Part shown: positions 24,001-36,000 of the stretch, piece after piece
How the letters are laid out: every line of letters starts with the position of its first letter
Numbering within the stretch: position 1 is the stretch's first letter
NCBI RefSeq assembly: GCF_001949145.1
Contig: NW_019091362.1
Location: forward strand, 2,239,838 to 2,303,837
Length of the DNA: 64,000 nt
Direction of reading: 5' to 3'
DNA from: Acanthaster planci
Lineage: Eukaryota
Program-made: the position numbers and the translations under genes
Notes under the pieces: model-generated
Seen by the model: only the letters and a program-made list of their open reading frames with translations
Databases searched by the model: none
What the model was told of the DNA's origin: nothing

Positions 24001-27000
24001 AATATAATATTCCGTGTTCATAAGCGAGCCTCTTCTCAAAACCACACATACTCAAGAAAGAGATTGATACATGGTGTCACCGCAATCGTTTTACTCATCT
24101 AGTTATTATAATTGTGAGTGATCACAGGCATATACAACCATGACCTATTATGCATATTTTTATGGAACACTTGGCTAAGGGAATAAGTAAAACAATTATA
24201 CTACGTCAGTATGCATCAGTGCGTAGCCACTTACAACAGTTGTGTTCATCGGAGCCGTCAGCACAGTCGATGATCGCGTCACAGGTGTAGTCTTCTCTGT
24301 AGCACTGTTCCTTATCGGCACACTTTACTTGGTTAACACCGAGACACGGTCTGTGTCCTTCACGATACAGGTTTATAAAGGAAATTGGGAAACAAACTTA
24401 GCACTTGGCCGTCGTAGAGGAAAACCCGGTTTTGATCATAATTAAGTAAACGGATACCAAACTCTACTTAAAAAACTGGATGGACCGACATGGAAATCTG
24501 ATAGCAATACAGAGGGAATAAAACGTTGAAGGCTCATTCTGAAGTATTAGGTAGCGCATGACATTTCGAAGCCTCTTGTCAGACATATGCCGACGTGACT
24601 GTTTGCTTATTATCATATTATATAATATGGGTGCCAGGCTAATAAATGCAACTTAGTAACGAGTTGAATCGAGCGTTTTGCCCTTGAATGAAACAAACTT
24701 AAGGCTACCGATTTGGGGAGTAAATTAAATTAAAGTCTTTTCCAAAGTGAAACAGACTTTCAAGGGAGAGAGAGACACTATACCCTCTTTGATACCGTTT
24801 CGTGGACGTCCTGAATACTTATCCTTTTCCCTATCCACTACACTACGCAGACTAACTCGATCGAGCATCCTTTTTGAATAAATTACCGGAAACCTTCGCA
24901 CAGTGATATTTTGTTTTGAACGCCTCGTTTAATAAGAACGGTGGGTAGTCGGCTGGAGTATGTGCAAAAAAGGTGCTTCCTATTTTCTATGTACGCCTGC
25001 GTTCTGAAAAACAAAAGGTTATGAAACAAAAGGAATTTCCTATTTTCCCCAAAAAGAGAACACTTTTGTATTGTTTGAGTCATGCCCTGACCTTTTAAGG
25101 ATTCATGCAATGAATTTTCTTAGACTCATTTTTTGTGCATCTTCATACTCCTCTTCAAATGTAAAAGAAAATCTGTTTGAAATCCTTTTAGAGTTAAGTG
25201 TATCGAGATTATGTCTTGCTGAGGTCTTACAGGCTCTTCTTTGTTATTTTAATATCGTTACAATGTTACAATAGCGTACACCAGAGGAAGAAAGAAATAC
25301 CCTCTAATGTGACGTCATACGCATAAGGTTTATTTCAAAAGTGTACTTTTATCAGCATTAAAAATTGTCTCAGCTTTGCCGGACAAGTGAGGGTGTGTGC
25401 TGTGATGTGACCCAGGGAAGACACTGTTCAGTTTACATGTTTTTATGTTCATTGAAAAAACTTCTGAGAAAATGTTGCTAAGTGACTTCTTGCCTTGTAC
25501 ATGTAATCAACCGACAATTGATTACCAAAGAAACTGAACTTGATGACAGGAAAAAATATATAAAAAAGATTCCAGTATTTCAGTGCAACACGGAGATTCA
25601 TTGCCGGGGATGACATCATAGTTTTGCTCATGAATATGGAAATTCATATTGGCATAAAACCAGACAGGCCTAAGAATAGAAAGCCTGCACGGAGTGCCCT
25701 CACAGAGGACATATTTTGTTATCTAGATGACAATGAAATACTAATGGTCGAGTTCAGGAGGCCTGCTCTTGACACGAGTTTCTTGTACTCGCGCTCAAAC
25801 GGCGGGAACATGACCTAAGATCACTGTTCTCGGAACAGGTTCAAACACCACCTCCTCGTCAGGGTTTTAAGGAACGCACGGAAAAACTCTTGAGATTTTG
25901 ATTATTGAACTGCCGCAAAAAAATTGCAAGATGGCTCACAATGCCAGAGACGATTAGGAGTTTTGCAAAATTACTATCAAAAAGCTTCCACAAGTCAGAA
26001 ATGAATGTTTCTTTTTAAATAGAAAAGAATTCATCCCAGTTATCCAATCATTAATTCTCGAAGAACGTACATGGACGCCGCCATTATGATGCATGTTGCT
26101 TGCCACTTACTAACTAAACCAGCGACAACCGGTTGTACGTTCTTGGCGCTCTCGCTGCCGACCCTCGAACAACAAATCGAGCTGTTCGCGAACATACGAG
26201 AACAAGCCGCCCGAAATCAGCCGTAGTGTTTACTCAAGCATATAACACAGGAATCCGTGGGAGTGCTCCACGCAGGCCCTCTGTACCCTTGAAACTAGCA
26301 AGTCAACAGTTGAAATTTGAGACCACAAAGTACATTTTCATGTGCTGTAGTGAAATAAATGGATTGTCTCCTATAGGAGTGTACTAATATTTCCCTTCAT
26401 AAGGGTCACCCGTTTTAGTTACCACAATTTTTCTCATCAGAACCATCTCGGCAATCCACCCAGCCGTCACACGTATGAGCCCCATTGTAGCATTGCCACC
26501 CGTCTTCGCACTTAATGTAGCCGGCTGCAGGGCAGAGGATCGAGGCTGCAATGGACAACAAACAATAAACTGGATTTGGGGGTGGGGGGTTATAGGGTCT
26601 GCTTTTTTGACGTCACCGTCGTGCGTTTCGTACAATTTGTGGCTGTTAAAACTATAGTTTACTGTCAGTACAAAAGTAAACGAATAATTCCAGCAGTGTT
26701 AAAAAGAAAACCTACGCAGCTATCAGATTACAAAATACAACCCTACTTAAAATTAATCGGAGAAATGTCCATTTTGAACGAATTACAAGTAAAAGCGAAA
26801 CCCAATCAAAAAGTGATTTTTCTGTAACTTTATTCCCCAGTTGAGCGCGTTGGACTTGAATTGTCTGCATGGGTAAAAGATGAGTAAGTGTATTTTCTGC
26901 CATCTCTACAACCTTTCCTCTCTTCTTTCCACGGCAAAAGAATCTACAAAAATCCAATCTACAATTCTTTCCCCAAGTGGTCTACTGACATTCGCTGAAA

Positions 27001-30000
27001 CGCAAATCACGGCGACTTCAGCCATGTTTTTATCGGCAGTAAACTTGAAATATGGCCTCTGTAGTAAACTCTTTGTGGTGCACTGAATTTTGAATTGCCC
27101 GTTGTATTTGTTCAGTCTAACTGGCCCATCTGTTACAGTATTTCCTCTATTTCTTTAGATGTGTGCAAAGACAACGCAGCAGTTTGTCCCTGCTTACCAC
27201 AGTTAAGCTCGTCAGATGCATCCAAGCAATCAGGGTGACCGTCACACGTGTAACGAATGTCGTAGCACTTCTCCTGGAGGGCGCACTTTTTGAACCCCAC
27301 TGAGCAGTTTGGGGCGCGAGTGGACAGCCCTGCAACACGTAATCCGTAAATGAGCTTCTGAACGCAGTTGCTGAACTGCTCCAGCTCGTTGTTGGGGACG
27401 CGCTCAGCAGTGGGATAGCCGGCGACCCGCCGGTCGCCGGAAATCCAGGCGGCTACCTGCCTGTTGGGAAATTCTGGAGAAAACGAAGAGGAGAGAAAAA
27501 AGGAGGGGCAAGGGAAGGGAAGACCATGCTTAGTACTGTACATGCACGGTTAATGGAAAACGATCACAAAGGTAGTCCGGGAGGAAATCAGACGAACCCA
27601 GCCACATATTTGATTACCGTGCATGTGAGCGTTTGGGGAAATCTATCCGGCTGCAAGGCCATGCAGAAGAACGATGCCATACCACTGTTAGTACATCATA
27701 TGCTTCGTGCAGTGTGCATATTCAGACATCGAGTCTACATTTTTTCTTTCCATATTACCTGCCACCTTTCCAATGAGTGTTTTTTCATGATGAAAATACA
27801 TTCAATCTTTCACCAGAATTTTCACTTGAAAGATGTATTGTTCAAATAGGTTAATGCATGTGTGTTACCGATCGTACCGCCACCTCTGCGGTCTCTGTAC
27901 TTTAAACCTTTGAATTTGTGTAACTGCGTATAATCAAATACTGCTCACAGCAAAGACCATCCCCCACTCTGCACTTTCCTTGATAGATATGACTATCAGA
28001 ATCGCAGTTTAGCCGCCCGCACACCAAGTTATACGCGACCCCCTTCGTATGCCACAAAATGTGAGTGGTAAGAGCGGATCGTCTGAGCACGCACTTTGCA
28101 CGGGATCGCGGCTTGTCTGACATCCCTTTTGAATAAGACGCCCAGTCGGTCCGGTTCAATTAAAAAGGGATCATTTGCCTGTCCACAGAATGGAATGCCT
28201 CGTGGCACAATTCCCACCAACTGCATGCACCACAGTTACTGAACCAGCCAGCTTACTGGTACAGCGTCAGCATTAAACGATGCCTTTTGTACTTTATAGG
28301 AGAGCTAGTGCTCGAGGATGACAAGACAAAGATGCGCATGCTCAGTCAGTCTGGTTTTTGTTTTGTTTTCAAAATGCAACTGGACTTAATTCCGAGCCGT
28401 AAAATGTTCACATAGCCTGACAAGTAAGTATGGCACTGATTAAATGAGCAGTGAATGCAGCATGTGCCATCATGCATTAACATCATCTTCACTAAAAGAA
28501 CCTGTTGAAAAAGTTTCGCTTGTCGTGAAAAAAATATAACGCAGTCTTCTTTCTCTAGAATATATAACTGCACTGCGCTTCCGTAGTTTTCCCTAAAGTC
28601 GGCAGGGTTATCCCATTCAAAAACTAGAGTGATAATTGATGGGAAATCATCCACGGCTGTCCTCGAGAAAGGACATTTGCGAGATCCATGTTTATAATGC
28701 AGTTAACTTTAAAAAAAAAAAAAAGGTGGAGAAACAAGAAATCCACACCTCAAGGCGGGCCATCCGTAAGAACATCGAAGGGTAAACGGCACAACCACCG
28801 AGGAATACAACACTTAAATGTTGGTGGGTTGGGTGCCCACGAGAAACTCTAGCATGTATGGCCACACCTTCCATCCCATCAGAGTGTCTGAAATTGCCAG
28901 AGGCTCCAAATGCATGTTTGTGTTGAACGTTTCTAAGTTCCCCCAAAAGGACTCTACTCTGCAAGTTATGTGTGCTTGGGCTTTGCGGTTGAAACTTCAC
29001 TGGTTGAAATGAAAATGTAGTGTAGAGTGCTTTTCAAGACCGAAGTAGCTGTTAATGCTTCTTTTAGACAATATTTCAATTTTTCAGCCCCAGCAGTACC
29101 CGTGAAGTTCCGGATAACACTCTTTAACCCAGGAACCGATTTGACTAAAGGCAAATTTACAAGAACAGAAGACGAGGCCTCTCGGAAAGGCCAAAGAGGT
29201 CTGCATCTGAGCCGAAGAATCTTTGTTCCAGTGGCATCAACACCAAAATATATACATAAAATCTAGACAAGTCAATGGACGACAAAAGTTCAAATCCAAT
29301 CGATACAGTGAAATGTTTCCCGCTTTGAATCTGTTAGTTGCTAATTGTGTTAACTTGTGCTTACCGCATTCATCCTCATCTGTCCCTTGAAGGCAGTCTG
29401 GTTCCCCGTTACACTGTAGCGTTTCGGGTATGCAACTTCCATCGTCGCAGCGGAACTCATTCGACTCGCATTCAGCGCTGCGTTTGGTTGTGCTCGTGCG
29501 ACCCTTTCCTGATGAAAACAAATTAATGTTATCGTTGTAAACGAGGTTTTTATTTCAGTTGAAGTTCCATTGGTTTCCAATAGACTACCGAAGTGTGACG
29601 TCACTGTGAACAAGAAAGTGCAGTGCAAACGAATGGAGTACGCGCGCGTGTTGGTTCACGCGCTGGTTCTCGCGCTGATTCTCGCGCCAATGCCTTTTAC
29701 ACGCTAATTGTGCGCGTGACGTATTCACTTTGGTACTCTATCGCACTCCATTCGTTTGCACGGGAATTTCTGGTTCACAGTGACGTCACACTTCGGTACT
29801 CTATGGCCAGCGGTACGTAAATGCTAGCATGACCAATGCATTTTTAAAAGATATCCAATAAAGGTGGCATTTACTTTGGTTTACTGACTTCATGATCCTG
29901 AATAGTCTTGATGAATGGGTCAAATAGCTGCCACAGGCTCTGTAGAAGAGATCGTGACAATCCATATCAGGGAAAGTAATGATGATGTTGGAACTCTGAA

Positions 30001-33000
30001 TACAGATGCCTACCATCAAGACGTTTGACATTGGTTTTGTGTTGATTCAAGCATCAATAAATTTTAAACTTTCAGGCGGGACGTGCGGGTTGGAAAACAG
30101 TAAACCTGGAATCCTTAATTATCGCAAATAAAAACGAAAGTTCCCGATGACGGTGTTAAAGTTCTGGTCACTGTGGAGATCTTACAGTTCATTCCAACGA
30201 CATCGTTGACTGTTCACATGTTCAAGGCATTTCTTGGATCTTAGAATCTTTGTAACCTTCGATTTTTAAGAATTGGCGTAAATTTACTTCTTTTAAGGCC
30301 ACTTTTTTATCTAAAATACTGATTCCAAATGTACCAAAATGGATATTAGTTCAGACATGACAGGTTTAAGGCTGCACACTCTACTCCAACCCACTTGAAA
30401 ATTCATTTTCCCGATTCCCCTCAGAAATGTTTAAATGTCATCTTCTATTACCTTCTAATTTCTGTTAAAGAAGAAGACGCTATTAGTCCACTGACTTGTG
30501 GCACGAAACTGCAACCAGACGAGCTGGGAGGTTAGGATAACAAACCCACAGCAAGGAGGTTCTCGCCTCTCGGCAGTGCCCCATGAAATGGCTGTCTTTT
30601 GAAAACTAGCAGAAGTTAGTACCGTGGGCATTGATGAGGCCAGAAAATGCCCTCGTTTACTCCCCTGTGTCCCCAGCCCGGGCTTGCCAGTCAGACGTGA
30701 TAAACTACTTCAACGCTGCCTCTTTTGTTGAGAACAAAAAGAAATCACAGAAAAGGGAAATCGAAAATGTCGTTTTCTCAGTTTTGTCAGCGCACTAGCC
30801 TGCATATCATCATCTCGGGGACGCGTCGGACGGTTCCACGGAGACCTTTCGACAACATTGTCTGTGGGCTCGCGGAAATGGCACAATTAACGAGTGAGCG
30901 CGCGGGTTCTCTACCTCTCTCCGAGTCCCTTTCTCCGGCATGGCATAAATTTAATTTGACACCTTGTTGCCGACGGTTTGGATCACATTATTAAGCCTGC
31001 CTTCTCTTCTGGAGGGGGAGGACAGTGTCAGGAGTTGACGGTTTTCTACGCCTGGCGTTGGCTAGACTTTGTTGGGATATACATCGAAACTCGGGGGAAA
31101 TTGAGCTGAGTGGATGGAACGTCCTGACAAGGTAAATCTGGCGATTAGTGTGGCCGTTCCCCTGGTTTATACTTTACTTTGTAACAACAACCTGTTGAGG
31201 AGAACACATAAAGTCATCAATCGCGGCGACGTTTTGCACAGAAAGCCCTTCATTTCGACGCCAAAGTTAACAAACAACCGGCCAAATGAATACTTGTGCT
31301 GTTTCTTCGCTTGTCATCTGTACCCCGCCGTCCCACATTGCCAACTCGACTGTCATTTGTATGACTATACTGTGCCGACGGTGAACGGCAGAAATCACCC
31401 TCAGATCGGTCACAAACTTGAGGGATTTTGATACTGTTCGAAAATTGATCTCTTCAGTTAAAGTATGACAGAACTGCTTAGGCCTATGGAGGGAGAAAGA
31501 ACACATCGAGGACCTAAGATGTAGGTATCTGCTTTGGTGACGCAACAAATCCAAGTACAAAAAGCACTAGGTCATATGGGTTCGTGTCGTGTATTAACCA
31601 TCCATGTCAATATTGAACTATTGGCACGATATTCAACGGAGTTGAAAGCAGAGAACGGAGTAGTGAATATTGCCTATGCGCAGTGGCATGACCGCGGCAA
31701 AATTTCTATGTCGTTTTCAGTGCGATCAATAAGATCAAGCATCATGGACACCATTTGCCCTAGATAACGTCAGCAGCTTGCACTTCGTATTGTGTAATAC
31801 TGTGGAAAGGTTGATGCCCGTTTCATTGGTGCGGGGCGAGGGATTCGTTTAATCGGGGTGCGTTTGTCTAAACTGACATGCAGGTCTTAGCTGACATGGA
31901 TACCTAGCGCATTGAAGAATCAATCCTAGCAAAGTGAAATAATGCATCCAGTTATGACGACATTATCAGAATGAGAGCTGTTAGGCTTTAGCAGTTACCA
32001 GCGTCAAACCTCCATGGAAGTTGCGAACTCTGGCAAAAGTTCACCGAAATGCACCCCAACGTAGCCACTGTCCACAAACCTACACATGTACACATTCTCA
32101 TAAACGATAAATTGTCAGGCTCGCGAAAGTATTTCGACCCGCGATCAGTTTTACGTTTATTTCTAGAGAACTGCTGGAAGCATGCCAGATGCAAGGTACG
32201 TTTTGGGGGCGCGTTGTGTGGACATTGCGTTCATGCGCTCAACTTTCACTGACACAAAATCGCCCCGGTGCTATTTTGACGGATACGCAACGCTTGGCGT
32301 AAGTGTGGACACGCATATGGATAGGCGCTTTTAGGCCGTTACAAACAAAACGGGATATTTATGGCGTTGGGAAATAGTTACTGTTTACGTTGTTATTTTG
32401 TGTCGTGGTTCCATCTGATTAAGTAACGGATATACAAATCTCACTTCACAGTGAAGTAGCAGATAATAAGGCTATGGGAGCAATGAAACGGCGATGAGAT
32501 GGAAAACTCTTCCGAGCCGCAACTGTCCCAAGTTGTTTCCCTCATGCTCCCAATGCGTATAAATGGGCATTTGCGAGCTAGAGCAAAGTGTTGGGGAATA
32601 TTGTTGAACAGGCATTTTTGTGGATTGGATTTTTGCTCTAGAACTCAAAGGTATTTGTCCAAAGGTGAGACCCCCGTGGAAATACCCACACCATCCGGGA
32701 CAAAACCCAAATAAGTAAATTCACTGACACAGTTTCCAATCTCAACCTGTACAGTCTGGCGTTTATGTAATTGTACTTCGAGAGTAAGTTTGCCTTTGTG
32801 TCGATGAAGCCTGGTTAACTTCAACCTCTCTCTTGTTAGAAGGATAGACTTTGATTAGTTGTGAGTGATAGCGACTTCGTCAGATCATCAATAATTAACA
32901 GCAGCGTGGGAACCTATAGTTAGTTCGTTGATTGTTTCATCATTATTGAAATGCAAAATTCAACCTTGCCCCCGTGACATTTGACCAGTACACTACCACT

Positions 33001-36000
33001 AGCTGCTGCCTTGTCCCAGTAGGCCCAATGCTTTTTATGTGTGTTACACCTTTATAGAAACAAGCTCAAAAAAAATCAAATTAAACGTCATTAAGCAAAA
33101 TAAGAATAATGATTTTTCGGTACCAGTACGACAAAACTTGCTGCTTCCAACATCCTCTTCCACGCGCTGAGTCAGGCCGGTCTTAAATATCTAACATCAG
33201 CGCCCATCACTAATTGTTGGAAAGAGCGGTTCCAGCGAGGCAACAGGGCCAGGGGCCATGACTTCCTCTCCCCGTCCCCCAAAAGGAGCCTTTGGGGGGC
33301 AATAATGAGAGGATTATTGCCAAAAAGTATGCCTTGCATTTATTCCCGGAATAGAGAATATTACGAATAGAGATGTCAAGAAAAGCTGAAAGAAACATGA
33401 ACGTGTCACATAAATGGGCTTCCAATTTCGGCTTAAAGTGACGTCAGGGGTCGAAATTTCCAAAACGTCATGTATGATAAGCTTCACGATTTGGTCTTTT
33501 TAATAACTTTATTCTAAATCACATTGTGTGAAAAGAAAGTGATTTGTTTTGGACTATTTCAAGAGGTAATTGGTGATTAATGCTTCTGGTTTGCCTTCCA
33601 TCACTGCGTTTGTGTGTTATGATTCACTCGCTACATGTAGTTTGCCGTCCAATCCCATGGTGCAGATATCGAAAGGACTTACATGTATTTGACACTAACC
33701 CTGAGTTTTGGCTTTTCTCGAGGGACCGCAAAGAGTCCTTGGACTTGAACATTTAGTCGTCACCTTCTCGTCTGGTCCGGTGAATGACAGCATTAGCTAA
33801 CCCTGTTTGAACCTCATATGTAATCTGGCTTTAGTCATGCCCCGACCCACTTCCACATTTCACCAACCCTGGAACAGATTGCCGACGTGACTGTTACAGT
33901 ACATCGCCCAAAGCGGTGCACATTGGAAGACACTGCATATACGCCTCTGTTGAAGGCATGAAAAGGTAGGGGGGGAGAAAGACGGTTGATTTAAAATAGG
34001 GAATAACCACCCTCCTTCTATGTCTTTGACCACAACTTATTTCCTGTTAGAAATGCTATCATTTGAGCTCACTGGTCGTTGGTGTTCCCATTTATTCTAT
34101 TCCAATTCGGAACAACATTGGGAAGGACTGCGCAGCCAAAGCAAAATTTGTGACAGCGCGATATTTACTGTTGTATATTATCAATGTTCAGGTTTCTTGA
34201 GATTTTATCTGTCGCTGTGAAAATCTGACGAGTTTCGAGTCTTACACAGTTGTCTTTCACCGAATATTCACAGGAAGGTTTCGTCCACACGAGGGTGGAT
34301 ACGTAACGGGGGCCGACGAGGGCCATGCGGGATGAAGCCCGAAGCAAAAAGTTTATTTAAAAATATCTGTTGTCCCCACCCAAAAAGCAACCCCCCCCCG
34401 CAAAAAAAGACATATCAGACACATGCAGTGTACTGAGATTCGTTCGTCGTTCAAAAACATTTCCTCCCCATGAATCTTCACATCTGACACTTTAAAGACA
34501 AGTTTAGTTTTGACTAATCAGTGGATGAATTGTGGACTATTGTCTTAATTGTACACACTACAGATGTTTATGGATGTTTCCAGACGCTTAACCCTCTGTG
34601 TAGTGGTTCATCGTATGATTTATTTCAACGTTGAGTTTGTCACACAATGAAGTTTTGAAACCCCGGGAGTCGACCTTTACAACCCTACCCTCATGTGCGC
34701 AGCGGCCTGAGATTATCGATCTGAAAAAGCGTCTCCTCTGCACTGCGCATGCCCCCAGAGGTAATAGTGGCACAGTACATGTACTTGCCTCACTGAATCT
34801 TTCAAGTGTAGGGTTCAGGGTCATGATAAATTCATTGGTCCTGTGAAGCTACGAAGTACATGTACGATAGGGCGGAGAGGATCGCTCGTTGTGTGGTATT
34901 TAGGACGCTCTGTGACCTGGTAGCCGAGGGGACACTATCAACTTGGCATCGTTGGATTCCCAGTATTTCCCAGGGTAATGAGAGGTGAAAGGCATGTTCA
35001 AAAATAAACCCGATGGAAGCAGAAACTTGAAAAATGATCTTTCTGAGCCCACGTCAGTTGAAGCCGAAATTCCTCTTCAGCTGCTGCCAATCCGGAAGCA
35101 GCTAGACCACGCTGAAACTTTATCGTTATCGAAGTTTGGCCAAATCGGACATGTTGTTATTGAACAGGCACACGGTACAGATACAAGAAACGCTACAGCA
35201 AGATCAGAAGTTGTCGGGCGACGAATTAATCACGTCGTCTTTACTCTTCCTGGATTTTCGTCACCACGATGGGTTGTGTCATAGTGATAGGGACAGGTTA
35301 CATTATCAGTGTTCGGTGTCAGCTGCATTCTGGGAGATACAGGCTAAAAATTGAAGCGTTGAATCTTAGAACGTGTAGATCCAAGGTATCCAACATTCAA
35401 TTTTTGGGGGGTTGTTGATCATTTTTTCTTTCAGTTGATGAGCTAGTACTGCAGACTTTAGATAACAGTGTATATGCTGGATTTAAATTAAAGTTCAATA
35501 AGTGATTTAAGATTCAAATGCAGGGTTTAATGTGTTGGATTCAACACTCAATTTTTTCGCTGTACCCATGCGTGTAAGCGTTGGAATCACCCCACGGATA
35601 TTTTTCAAAGTAGTTTCTTAAAATTGTATTGAGACCAATGTTATAAACATTGATCAGCCAAGAATTTTAACTTTATCCATTAATAATATTGAACTGTACA
35701 TAACTGCGACGATAAAAACCTATGTTGGACTGAACTGAAGTCCACCGATTCACCCGTAATGGGTGTCTGTATCATACATGCCAAGTTTTTAAAAATCGGA
35801 TATATGGGACTGCCTAGATATGAGGGGGACAACCCCCCCCCATCCCCTGGTTGTGGCATGGTCCGAAAAGCCCAAGTCTTTTAGGGTTACTTAATGGTTG
35901 TGGCGAGGTAGTGAGTGATGTTTTAAAGTTGGAAAGTATAAGGTTTGAAAACTTTTAGTCCGATGAGTCTCTCGACGGCACATCATGTACACAAGATGGA

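Noticed and set aside
34210..34345. Ribozyme-like fragments (CTGACGAG, GGACGAAAC, GGGGGCC)
   Set aside because: Hammerhead core elements are on opposite strands or lack CUGANGA; no HDV-like P1/P3 pairing could be built.
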